DNA from: Minisyncoccia bacterium
GTDB lineage: Bacteria; Patescibacteriota; Minisyncoccia; Phycocordibacterales; Phycocordibacteraceae
NCBI GenBank assembly: GCA_050011835.1
Contig: JBEKII010000001.1
Location: forward strand, 86,473 to 150,472
Length of the DNA: 64,000 bases
Direction: 5' to 3'
Shown: positions 20,781 through 29,609 of the stretch, in pieces
How the letters are laid out: each line of letters opens with the position of its first letter
How positions within the stretch are numbered: the stretch's first letter is position 1
Position numbers and translations under genes: made by a program
The notes under the pieces: generated by a model
Seen by the model: the letters and a program-made list of their open reading frames with translations, nothing else
What the model was told of the DNA's origin: nothing
Databases searched by the model: none

Positions 20781-21173
20781 CTAGTGAGTCACAAAGAGAT
20801 TGATTATCCGGGGATGATCACTAGCTAACCGGATAACCTGAACATCCATCTTTTTCTCATTTTCTTTCCGGTCTCCTTCTTTCCGGTTTCCAGTAATTCT
20901 TAGGACATCTCCGGGGCCTTTAACGTAATCGATGATTTTGGCAAGTAAGTCTTTTTGAATTTCTGTCGGCAATTTCACGAATTCTTCGGCAAAGAACCTT
21001 GCCGAAAATTCGGTGAACACCACAAATTCGGCGGAACGTTCTTTAAATGTATTGTCCCCGAAGAGCGTCATGTGGTATTCCAGATACCAATTACCCGACG
21101 CCGTTTTGCGGATTTTCTCCACGGTCGTACCCACAAAATTCAACAACTCCTTGGCTCCGACTTCTTTTCGCAT
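20781..21173 (-). CDS. Hypothetical protein (orphan; possible OB-fold-like beta protein)
   Basis: MRKEVG start after AAGGAG; own promoter; downstream hairpin at about 20735-20768. Confidence 0.55.
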   Translation of the reverse strand: MRKEVGAKELLNFVGTTVEKIRKTASGNWYLEYHMTLFGDNTFKERSAEFVVFTEFSARFFAEEFVKLPTEIQKDLLAKIIDYVKGPGDVLRITGNRKEGDRKENEKKMDVQVIRLASDHPRIINLFVTH

Positions 21174-21276
21174 TTCCTTCTCCTTTCGTTTTTTTACTCG
21201 AGATTCGCGGAGGCGTGCCGGACCTCCTCTCGGAGTATTAAAGGTACATGGCACCATATCCAATATAGCATATGTG

Positions 21277-21951
21277 TTACAACCAGTCAATAGGTGTTTC
21301 ATCGTGCGCGATGAGGTAGTCGTTCGCTTTACTAAAATGTTTACAGCCAAAGAAGCCGGAATCAGCGGAGAAAGGCGAGGGGTGTGGCGCTTGGAGAACG
21401 AGGTGTTTGTTTCTATCAATGTGCGCGCCTTTCGCTTTTGCATAATTACCCCAGAGCATAAAAACGAGATGCTCCCGTTCTTCAGAAAGCGCTCGGATGG
21501 CGGCGTCGGTAAATAATTCCCACCCGCGCCCCTGATGCGAGCCGGCCATGTGCGCGCGAACGGTCAAGGTCGCATTCAACAAGAGAACGCCCTGCTCTGC
21601 CCAACGTGAAAGGTCTCCACTGCGGTGCACGAGCGGCTTTCCGAAATCGCTTTCAATTTCTTTAAAAATATTCTGAAGCGACGGCGGCACCGCTTCCCTC
21701 TCGGAGACAGCAAACGCGAGGCCGTTGGCCTGCCGCTGTCCATGATATGGATCTTGTCCAAGAATGACTACTTTTACTTTTTCAAACGGACAAAGGTCAA
21801 ATGCGCGGAAAATGTATTTCGGCGGCGGATACACCGTTTCATTTTGATATTCCTTCTTCACGAACGCGGCGAGCTCGGTGAAATATGGCTTCTCAAATTC
21901 CTCCGCGAGATATTTCTGCCACGATGGGTCGATCTTTACATTCGCCGTCAT
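21277..21951 (-). CDS. ung: Uracil-DNA glycosylase family 1
   Basis: GQDPYH, VPPSLQNI, LLLNATLTV and HPSP motifs. Confidence 0.97.
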   Translation of the reverse strand: MTANVKIDPSWQKYLAEEFEKPYFTELAAFVKKEYQNETVYPPPKYIFRAFDLCPFEKVKVVILGQDPYHGQRQANGLAFAVSEREAVPPSLQNIFKEIESDFGKPLVHRSGDLSRWAEQGVLLLNATLTVRAHMAGSHQGRGWELFTDAAIRALSEEREHLVFMLWGNYAKAKGAHIDRNKHLVLQAPHPSPFSADSGFFGCKHFSKANDYLIAHDETPIDWL

Positions 21952-22208
21952 AATGCATTTTCTTTTCGGAGAAGTGTTCGTTTACGCGCCACGCCACGGT
22001 TGTAGCCGCCAATTCTTCCATCACTATAAATGACACGATGACACGGGATATAAGCGCGATAATTTGCGCGCAGGATTGCACCGACGGCGCGCGCGGCATA
22101 TGAATTTCCTGCACGCCGCGCCACTTCTTTATAGGATAAAACTTTCCCTCTCGGAATCTTTCTTACCACAGAAAGTACGCGCCCGCGGAATGGTTTAGCC
22201 AGCTTCAT
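21948..22208 (-). CDS. O6-alkylguanine DNA alkyltransferase (MGMT family, single domain)
   Basis: IPRGKVLSY, ARAVG and PCHRV active-site motif. Confidence 0.9.
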   Translation of the reverse strand: MKLAKPFRGRVLSVVRKIPRGKVLSYKEVARRAGNSYAARAVGAILRANYRAYIPCHRVIYSDGRIGGYNRGVARKRTLLRKENAL

Positions 22209-22210
22209 AA

Positions 22211-23002
22211 TTAATTATTCTTCTGGCACAGTTCAAGAAATTTTTTGCCCGCATTCTCTCGATAGGTGCAGTACTCGCAAGGGCCGCCGCCAAATGCGGT
22301 CCCGATAGGCGGAATCTCATCGCTCACCAGCATTTTTTTCATATCAAAAATCATTGGTTCAATCCACGCATCACTGCCGGCATACGGAATAAGTTCCACA
22401 TCAAATTCAAGTTTTCCATCAAAGGCCCTCGCATCGGACTTCCCGTTCACATAAACGAAATAGCCCGTCGGCGAGACTGCGAATCCGTTCTTGCGGAATA
22501 ACCATTGGTAAATTTCCATCTGCCGCTTATACGAATCATACAAATCCTCTTCAGAGTTCGGGCCTTCTTTTTTGCTGGTCGCTTTATAGTCAACAATGAT
22601 AAACTCCCCGGCAGAATTCACCCATACGTCATCAATGCCGCCATGCACCAAGATATGCGTCGGCTCATGAAGATAGCTGATGCCGCGGCGCAGCGCATCG
22701 CGCCACTCGGATATTCGCTCATCAGCAAGTGGCACGGCATCAAGACCGAAACGCTCCATAAGCGGATGACGGCTGCCGCGGGCGCGATGAATATCGAACT
22801 CGCGTTTTAAGAGCTCATCAACGGCGTTATTGAGCGTGAATGCGGGCATAGAAGGCCGCTTGACACCAAGGCGAAGGTCGAGATAGGCGCAGCGCGGACA
22901 TTCAGAAAAGAGGTCTATTTTTGAACGACTTACCATAAATGGTTCGGCTGACGACGAATTAAACTGCCCACGTGCTTTCATTTTGGAATTAATCGTCGCC
23001 AT
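22211..23002 (-). CDS. PD-(D/E)XK nuclease family protein (Cas4/AddB-like)
   Basis: CPRC, GGIDD, IVDYK, QMEIY and C-terminal CEYC. Confidence 0.85.
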   Translation of the reverse strand: MATINSKMKARGQFNSSSAEPFMVSRSKIDLFSECPRCAYLDLRLGVKRPSMPAFTLNNAVDELLKREFDIHRARGSRHPLMERFGLDAVPLADERISEWRDALRRGISYLHEPTHILVHGGIDDVWVNSAGEFIIVDYKATSKKEGPNSEEDLYDSYKRQMEIYQWLFRKNGFAVSPTGYFVYVNGKSDARAFDGKLEFDVELIPYAGSDAWIEPMIFDMKKMLVSDEIPPIGTAFGGGPCEYCTYRENAGKKFLELCQKNN

Positions 23003-23009
23003 ATTTACA

Positions 23010-23492
23010 TTATTGCGCGGTCGTGAAGTATGCGATTACCGGCGCGCCGGTGGTAAAATCAACATACACACTATTGGAGGCAGGATCAAATGCGCCATTT
23101 CCGTCATCACGATACAATTCAACTGCATAGGAGTGGTTCGGCACGGTCGCTCGTAAAAGAGGAACAGAGATGGAGCTGCGAGGACCGCTCACGCGCACGG
23201 CGCCAAGAACGTTTCCCAAATCGTTGCCGCTCATCTCGCGCACGGCAATCCAAACGCCAGGCGGCGGCACGGTAACCGATTCAATAACGGCCGTATCGCC
23301 TGAGGGCTGGTCGGTTACAGAAATCGCACTGCTTTCTGATGATGTCGTCGCAGTCGCGGTATTTACCGTAGAGGATGAGGAAGATGGTGCGGGCGTAGAA
23401 GTAAAATTGCCGCCTAAAAACCATGCGCCAATAAGCAGAGCGCCGAGCATAAAGCCGCCGACAAATGAGTAGAGAGAAAAAGAATTTTTCAT
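23010..23492 (-). CDS. Hypothetical membrane-anchored protein
   Basis: N-terminal TM, Ser/Thr linker and a beta-rich domain. Confidence 0.7.
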   Translation of the reverse strand: MKNSFSLYSFVGGFMLGALLIGAWFLGGNFTSTPAPSSSSSTVNTATATTSSESSAISVTDQPSGDTAVIESVTVPPPGVWIAVREMSGNDLGNVLGAVRVSGPRSSISVPLLRATVPNHSYAVELYRDDGNGAFDPASNSVYVDFTTGAPVIAYFTTAQ

Positions 23493-24358
23493 AGGGAAAC
23501 AGCGTCGTGCAATGTATCAGGAAACGCGAGAAGACCTTCAATCTCCGCAAGGAGCTCGCCAACCCGCTCGGGAGAAAAACGAAAAGAATCAAGCAAGCGA
23601 TGGTCTCGCGCGATTTCATCTACTGCAATGATTCCCTGCTCAATGAAGAGACGCTTTTCGGTGCGAGAGAGCCCCGTAAGCGTCGTAATCGGATACACTT
23701 TTGCTCGGCTCATGCGCATAAAGAGATTGTCGTCTATCGGATAGCCCCACCCGAGAAGCTCTACGCCCGCGCACTCGGCATACGCAATTGCTTCAGAAGT
23801 AAACTTGGTATTAGTTACTAAAAGCCCGCGGTCAATCTGGCAAGTGCGCGTCGCGGCGTCGCAGGAAAAAACGTCATCAAAACGACTTTTCACATACAAG
23901 GCAACTTTCAAATCGGTTTTATAGCTCGGGTCGTTGTGATACTTCAGCTCGGCGGCAAGATAAACGCCCTGCTCCGGATGCGATGCGTAAAGGTCTATTT
24001 CGTGTGCCACGCATTTCCCTTGTAATATCTTGCGTGTTTCAACTTGCCATCCTTCTGCACGATAAAGATGCGAAACGAAGTCCTCAAATGGATGACCGGT
24101 GGGGCCAAGCTCTAGAAGAGCGCGTCGTAGCGCATAACGAGCCGCGATCGGGCGTCCTTCCTTACGCAAAAGCGTAAAAGCGCGCGCATAAATTTCTTTT
24201 GAAGACGCGCCCTGCGTAATTGTATTCGTAATCGTTTCAGCGATATGCTCCGCCGCATGTTTGCCCGCACCTGCTCTCATGAGCGAAATAACGAGACGTG
24301 TTCGGTCAAAAATTTCGTTTGACCCATCGGCTTTAACAATGGTCGGCGGCAACGTCAT
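23489..24358 (-). CDS. ATP-cone plus Mrr-like restriction endonuclease domain protein
   Basis: IVKADGSNEIFD (ATP cone); GHPFEDFV, HEID, ELK and LVTNTKFTSEA (Mrr-like). Confidence 0.8.
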   Translation of the reverse strand: MTLPPTIVKADGSNEIFDRTRLVISLMRAGAGKHAAEHIAETITNTITQGASSKEIYARAFTLLRKEGRPIAARYALRRALLELGPTGHPFEDFVSHLYRAEGWQVETRKILQGKCVAHEIDLYASHPEQGVYLAAELKYHNDPSYKTDLKVALYVKSRFDDVFSCDAATRTCQIDRGLLVTNTKFTSEAIAYAECAGVELLGWGYPIDDNLFMRMSRAKVYPITTLTGLSRTEKRLFIEQGIIAVDEIARDHRLLDSFRFSPERVGELLAEIEGLLAFPDTLHDAVSL

Positions 24359-24765
24359 AAAATGCTGGTGGACGCCACAGAACCGTTCACTGTTACGGTA
24401 AGCGGCAAATGCGCCGATGCTGAAATCGTTGCAGAAAAGTTCATAAGCGTGGGTAACTGAAGACACACGCCGATATCTTCGGGCATGGAAAGCGCCACGA
24501 GGATACCTCTCGTGCTTGACGCGTTACCCAAAAGTGTCGCTTGAGCAGTTACTATCGTGCATGCATTCGGCGCGTTCAATGATCCGGTAATTGTGTGGAG
24601 ACCCTTTTTGAATGAGTCGTGCGCGGTAACGAGTGGAATGCTTGCTGTCTCGGTTTGTGGCGGCGCATGAATGATGTCGCGCGTGTGCGGTACCGAAAGT
24701 GCAAAACTTGCGGCAAGGACAAGGGCGAGAATGGCCGCAGCAACCCAAAAGTGCTTGTAGCTCAT
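24355..24765 (-). CDS. Hypothetical secreted or membrane-anchored protein
   Basis: N-terminal hydrophobic helix and a Cys pair; start 6 nt after TGGTATTAT. Confidence 0.65.
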   Translation of the reverse strand: MSYKHFWVAAAILALVLAASFALSVPHTRDIIHAPPQTETASIPLVTAHDSFKKGLHTITGSLNAPNACTIVTAQATLLGNASSTRGILVALSMPEDIGVCLQLPTLMNFSATISASAHLPLTVTVNGSVASTSIL

Positions 24766-25694
24766 ATGGCAATAATACCACCGCCCACAAGCCCGCCATC
24801 CCAATAAAAGACGAGGGACTGACCGGGCGCAGGAATTTCCGGCAATGGTTGCGCGCTTACAAAACGACTTCCCTCAATGCGTCCCGCGATACGCGGGCCG
24901 CGGTAACGATACTGCGCCTCGGTCACGCGCGCCGGTTCATCAAACCAGTTCGCGTCAGTAAAAAAAATTTCTCGCATGGAAGATACGCGCGTTTTTGAAA
25001 TCATCACTTCTTTCTTTTCGACATCTTTCTTAACCACATACCACGGTCCATGTGGAAACGGGATTCTTTGCCCCATTGTGTAGAGAAGTACCGGATTATC
25101 ATTCCCCAATTCTTTTCTTAAAAATTCTTCAACTGAAATGCTTCCAAGAAAACATACTCCTTGGCTGTCTTTTTTCTCCGCCACCGGCAAATTGAAATGC
25201 TTTGCGAGCTTGCGTACTTCGCCTTTCTCCATATTCCCTACCGGGAAAATCGTCCCCGTCAAAATATCCTTCGGCACTGCCCAGAGGAAATAACTCTGGT
25301 CTTTTTCTCCCGAACGATAGTGCCCCATGGCGATGGCGTCTGCCCCCGCTTCTCTAGCGAAACGATAGAACGCACCGAACTTCACTTCTTTATTGCACAT
25401 CACATCCGGATTCGGCGTCCGCCCGGCACGATATTCGGCGAGCACATAATCAATAACGCTTTTTTTATATTCGACGCTTGCATCAAGCGTGCGAAATGGA
25501 ATATGAAGTCGCGCCGCGACGTGCATCGCGTCGCGGCGTTCCTCCGCCCATGTGCACGGCATTTCCGGCGGATACCAGCCCTTAATGAACACACCGGTCA
25601 CTTCGGCGCCCGCCTCCTTTAGAAGCGCCGCCGACACGGCCGAGTCCACCCCGCCCGAGAGTCCAACAAATATCTTTTTCCCTCGTACGTTCAT
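24762..25694 (-). CDS. mnmA: tRNA-specific 2-thiouridylase (compact form)
   Basis: SGGVDS, TPNPDVMCN, KDQSYFL and KDSQGVCF motifs. Confidence 0.95.
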   Translation of the reverse strand: MNVRGKKIFVGLSGGVDSAVSAALLKEAGAEVTGVFIKGWYPPEMPCTWAEERRDAMHVAARLHIPFRTLDASVEYKKSVIDYVLAEYRAGRTPNPDVMCNKEVKFGAFYRFAREAGADAIAMGHYRSGEKDQSYFLWAVPKDILTGTIFPVGNMEKGEVRKLAKHFNLPVAEKKDSQGVCFLGSISVEEFLRKELGNDNPVLLYTMGQRIPFPHGPWYVVKKDVEKKEVMISKTRVSSMREIFFTDANWFDEPARVTEAQYRYRGPRIAGRIEGSRFVSAQPLPEIPAPGQSLVFYWDGGLVGGGIIAI

Positions 25695-25778
25695 CGTTAT
25701 ATCTAAACATGATTTGACTTTTGTATATAGTGTTGATAGGATATTTTTAGATTATTTTGTAATAAAAAGGGGGTTCCG

Positions 25779-26024
25779 ATGTCACGTACAAACAACTTAG
25801 ATAAAGCCGTATCTCACATAAAAAGAAATCGTGAGATAAGGAGAGACCAACTTGATGCTCTAGGCGTTACTAGTGAGCAGTTGAGAAAAACCTTAAAAAG
25901 AGATGGGTTCGGATTCGTCACTAGAGATTATAGTGATGAATCATTTAGAGGTCATCCGGATGAAATCTTTTTAGATTTGATTCATATCGAAGAAGATGAC
26001 GGTCCGGGGGGCATCGATTACTAG
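25779..26024 (+). CDS. Hypothetical protein (AT-rich orphan)
   Basis: 81 aa ORF with SD-like AAGGGGG, upstream TTGACT and a downstream terminator. Confidence 0.55.
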   Translation: MSRTNNLDKAVSHIKRNREIRRDQLDALGVTSEQLRKTLKRDGFGFVTRDYSDESFRGHPDEIFLDLIHIEEDDGPGGIDY

Positions 26025-26035
26025 GAAGTCTCGAC

Positions 26036-26076
26036 AAAATTGCAGAAAGGTGATTAACCCTTTCTGCAATTTTTTT
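26036..26076. terminator. Bidirectional intrinsic terminator
   Basis: aaaattgcagaaagg...cctttctgcaatttt inverted repeat between convergent genes. Confidence 0.7.
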
Positions 26077-26081
26077 ATTCT

Positions 26082-27020
26082 CTAATCCAAATACTTTCGC
26101 AAATTCGCTTGGTGGCCGGCGTAGGTCGTTGCGTAATGCATCAAGCCGTCTTTACCGGTCAGATAATAGAGATACTTCGTTTTTGTCGGGTGCAGAGCGG
26201 CTTCAAGAGAATCAAGGCCGGGATTGCATATCGGTGCCGCCGGAAGTCCTATGTGCGTATACGTGTCACGCGACGCATCTACTTGAAGCGGCATATTGAT
26301 AGCGATGCGATTCCAAAGAATTCCGGCCACAATGCGTTTATCGGCGCTGGTGTGCGCTTCCTTTTCAATCAGGGATGCCATAATCACAATATCAGAAAGC
26401 GAATGCCCGGACGCGCTTATATCTGTGGAAAGCGCCGCCGTTTTCGCATTAAAATTCACGCGCATCGTTTTTACCATTGAACCGACGTCCGTGTCGGACG
26501 GAAAGAAATAGGTATCGGGGAAAAGATACCCCTCATAAGGCTTCCCTGCTTTCAAAAAATTGGTCGCGGATATTCCGGGCACGGTCTCCGCAATCTGTGT
26601 CGCCATATCCTCTACAGTCGTTCCCTCAGGAAAAGTGACGCGAGAGAGTGGGAGACCATAATTACCGGCAATAATCCTATATGCGACACTAAACAAATTC
26701 TGTGGTGTTTGGAAACGGTATGCGCCCGCTTGAATATGGTCACTCCTCCCGCTCACGCGCAAAATAAATTGTAAGAGTGTCGGAGACGCAATGACATGCG
26801 CATCAGCGAGCTCTTTCGCCACAAGAGGTGCGGACGTTCCTTGCGCGATGACAACAATGCTTCCCGAAGGGAAGTCCGCGGGAGGCGAAAATAATACATG
26901 ATATACGCCCAAAAGAATTATGGCGAGCGCGAATATTCCCGCCCACATTCGCCGATGGTGGAGCACGTGAGACCTAAACGCAAGGAGAACCGCCTTGATG
27001 CGTCTCACGAAAGAATTCAT
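26082..27020 (-). CDS. mltG: Endolytic transglycosylase MltG
   Basis: N-terminal TM; PEG, EGYLFPDTY, MASLIEKE and PICNPG motifs. Confidence 0.93.
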   Translation of the reverse strand: MNSFVRRIKAVLLAFRSHVLHHRRMWAGIFALAIILLGVYHVLFSPPADFPSGSIVVIAQGTSAPLVAKELADAHVIASPTLLQFILRVSGRSDHIQAGAYRFQTPQNLFSVAYRIIAGNYGLPLSRVTFPEGTTVEDMATQIAETVPGISATNFLKAGKPYEGYLFPDTYFFPSDTDVGSMVKTMRVNFNAKTAALSTDISASGHSLSDIVIMASLIEKEAHTSADKRIVAGILWNRIAINMPLQVDASRDTYTHIGLPAAPICNPGLDSLEAALHPTKTKYLYYLTGKDGLMHYATTYAGHQANLRKYLD

Positions 27021-27023
27021 ATA

Positions 27024-28412
27024 TTAAACAGGCAAATTCGCAGGAGCTTCGCCTGTCGCCGACTGAATACGCCCAAGAGTTGGCGTTTCAACCGCGCGAG
27101 AAGGAATATGGAAAATAGTCGCGATTTCCTCGGTGCTCATCACCATCGTATCGTCTCTGAATAAACCAAAAGAAAACGGATCATAGAAGAATTGACGGCG
27201 GCGATACGCTTCAACGAGTCCGCGACGGACTTTATTCTTGAGTTTTTCAACGCCGAATTCCCATGGAAAATCATCAAATTGCATCATCCATTTTGTCGCC
27301 TTTAAACTATTCCATCTTTCTTCCGATTTTTCTTCTACCTGCGAGCCAAACTGCCTAAAAAGGCCAATTAAACTGAAGATGCAACTGACATTGAAGCTCT
27401 CCTGCTTCGCGACATATACGGCGCGCGCGCCCACATCAAAACCGAGCTTGGATACATTGCGTTCAATGGAAGCGATTTTTTCCGTTTGACCTTTAGTCGG
27501 ATTCGGGAAGCCGGGTCGTTCTTCGCCGGTGACTGGGTCAATGTAAGGGTCGCGCGTTGTCTTACGAATTTCCTCCACAAGTTCTTTCGCTTTATGTTTC
27601 CAGGTATAGCCACTTCCCTTTTCCTTGCGGTATTTATCGCCTTTATGAACGCGAATGACGAACTGAAGCCAAAGGTATTCGCCCTTCCCGATAGAACCCA
27701 TGAACTCAATGAGGTTCGCGAGCGGGTCAACTTGTTCCGGCTCTTTCTGCACTTTGTCAAGCCCAAATTCAACATAAGTCTTTATCGGCACGGGGTCAGG
27801 GTTCGTATGTTTATAATCACAGCCCCAAATTGACCATTCCTCGGGTGTCGCACTGATGAATCGCGTATAATCAACCGCTTCAACGATTTGTACGCCCGGA
27901 TATTGCGCGTACATCTGCGCCTCAATGATGCGGCGGTACGCGGCGCGCGTCCATATAAAAAAATGCACCTGGCCCTCCAGAGAAGCGATCTCCAGGGAAT
28001 ACCACTGACGTACCGAACCGCCAAAATATACCTTGAACCAACTGGCTTCGCCTTGAGCGAGATGTATGCCGGAGAGAAACGCTTCCATTGCGAGTGGCGT
28101 CTTTATGATATTGCGCGGCGGTTTTATTTCAAGAAGAATATAGGTCTGCGAGGCGATGAATTCTGAACGTTTGAAAACGAGCCAGAGCGCCCATGCGCCT
28201 CCGACAAGAAGGAAGGGCAACCATACGGGCGCTAGAAAAAGCGCGAGAGAGAATGCGAACGCAACCGCGCCGGGGATGAGCAAAAGTGCAATGACAAGAA
28301 GAACGAGGCCGAGAATAAAAAGCGGCCACTCATCGGATCGAAAACCGAGTTTGTCCAAAAGTTTGTCCTGCAGTTTTTTTACCGCAGAGAGAAATGGGAG
28401 TTTAAGCTTCAT
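27024..28412 (-). CDS. Conserved hypothetical membrane protein
   Basis: Two TMs, then LLEIKPP, SLEIAS, AQYPG and EEIATIFHIP; resembles the N-terminal region of Parcubacteria VirD4-associated proteins (recollection). Confidence 0.7.
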   Translation of the reverse strand: MKLKLPFLSAVKKLQDKLLDKLGFRSDEWPLFILGLVLLVIALLLIPGAVAFAFSLALFLAPVWLPFLLVGGAWALWLVFKRSEFIASQTYILLEIKPPRNIIKTPLAMEAFLSGIHLAQGEASWFKVYFGGSVRQWYSLEIASLEGQVHFFIWTRAAYRRIIEAQMYAQYPGVQIVEAVDYTRFISATPEEWSIWGCDYKHTNPDPVPIKTYVEFGLDKVQKEPEQVDPLANLIEFMGSIGKGEYLWLQFVIRVHKGDKYRKEKGSGYTWKHKAKELVEEIRKTTRDPYIDPVTGEERPGFPNPTKGQTEKIASIERNVSKLGFDVGARAVYVAKQESFNVSCIFSLIGLFRQFGSQVEEKSEERWNSLKATKWMMQFDDFPWEFGVEKLKNKVRRGLVEAYRRRQFFYDPFSFGLFRDDTMVMSTEEIATIFHIPSRAVETPTLGRIQSATGEAPANLPV

Positions 28413-28435
28413 GAGTTTCAGTATAGCAATAAAAA

Positions 28436-28468
28436 CAAACAGCGCTCGCCAGTTGGCGAGCGCTGTTT
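28436..28468 (-). terminator. Intrinsic terminator
   Basis: caaacagcgctcgcc-agtt-ggcgagcgctgtttg, with a T-run on the minus strand. Confidence 0.65.
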
Positions 28469-28482
28469 GTGTACAGTTTTAT

Positions 28483-29562
28483 TTACACAACCGTGTATCG
28501 TCCGTCTTTCAGCCGCTTGAAATAACGCGAATCGTTCAAATTAACGAGAATCGTGTTGTCTTTCACAAACCGTGCCTTTTTAACATGTTTGACTATCTCT
28601 TCTTTCTTCATCGGACCCTCTTTCTCAAGCGTCTCACGAATAACATCGCGCACGACACCCGGCGTATAGCCCCATTCAGTAAGCGCGTAAAGCCCGCGGC
28701 CAACGAGTACGAAACGCGGGTCTTTAATAAGTTCGTTATGCGTTGTCGCGACATGCGCTTTTTTTGAAAAGAGCGTGCTAATCGCTTTGGAGACCGCAGA
28801 AAAATGCATCGGAGAGCCATGTCGCTTGATGGCGAGGTAGGCATAATCGCGGACTCCCTTGATGCGGATAGCGGGCGTCGTGATACGGCCCCATTCGGCA
28901 AGCGGGTTGCTGCCAATATGCTTGGAGAGCGAAAGCCAGCGCTTCAAAATTTCTTCATTCTTATACGCGTCATTGACACCTTTCAGCTCGTCAAGGAAGC
29001 GGTCCAGAATCTGGCCTTCGGAAAATACTTTATTGTCGGGAAGCGAGCTGTACAGTCGTGAAAGCGCTTCGTGAATATTCTTCGCGGTCGCGGCATCCAC
29101 ATGCCAGCGTGCGATAAAATCATTCGTCTCGCGTTCGCGGAAGAATGCGGAATCAATTATAAGAAAAAAGCGAAATCGATTTCGGCTCTTTTCATCTTTC
29201 CCCAATGTGGAAAGGAGCGTCTCTTCGGGCACGATGGCGCCGAGCGAATCAATATAGCGTGCGAGTTCTCCAAACGCCGCGGATGCTTCTTTATAGACCT
29301 TGCTCCCGCGTATTGCATCAAGCCCGGCGGCTTCAATCTGTCGCACGCGTTCGCGCGTGATGCCGGAGTGGTCACCAATCGCTTCAAGGGTCTCGCGTTC
29401 CGGATTTGCGCCGAGACCAAAACGGCGGACGAGAACGTCGCGCGCACGCTCCGGCGCCGTGGCAAGGAGCCGTTTTACAAGTGCCGCGCTGTCAAAAGAG
29501 AACGAAACAGAATCAGCCGCTTTCGTTTTGCCGCGCTTCTTTGTTTTTGATGTATTATTCAT
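28483..29562 (-). CDS. Sigma70 region-4 HTH protein with C-terminal winged-helix (HARE-HTH/RNAP delta-like) domains
   Basis: RRFGL...TLEAIG...GITRERVRQIE; HNELIKDPRFVLVGRGLYAL. Confidence 0.8.
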   Translation of the reverse strand: MNNTSKTKKRGKTKAADSVSFSFDSAALVKRLLATAPERARDVLVRRFGLGANPERETLEAIGDHSGITRERVRQIEAAGLDAIRGSKVYKEASAAFGELARYIDSLGAIVPEETLLSTLGKDEKSRNRFRFFLIIDSAFFRERETNDFIARWHVDAATAKNIHEALSRLYSSLPDNKVFSEGQILDRFLDELKGVNDAYKNEEILKRWLSLSKHIGSNPLAEWGRITTPAIRIKGVRDYAYLAIKRHGSPMHFSAVSKAISTLFSKKAHVATTHNELIKDPRFVLVGRGLYALTEWGYTPGVVRDVIRETLEKEGPMKKEEIVKHVKKARFVKDNTILVNLNDSRYFKRLKDGRYTVV

Positions 29563-29609
29563 ATGGTGTAATTTATAGCAAATGTTCTAAAAAGAGTCAA
29601 TGGTCTGGA

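Noticed and set aside
22211-23002. Cas4 of a CRISPR-Cas locus
   Set aside because: It is a solo PD-(D/E)XK nuclease with no cas1/cas2 or array nearby.
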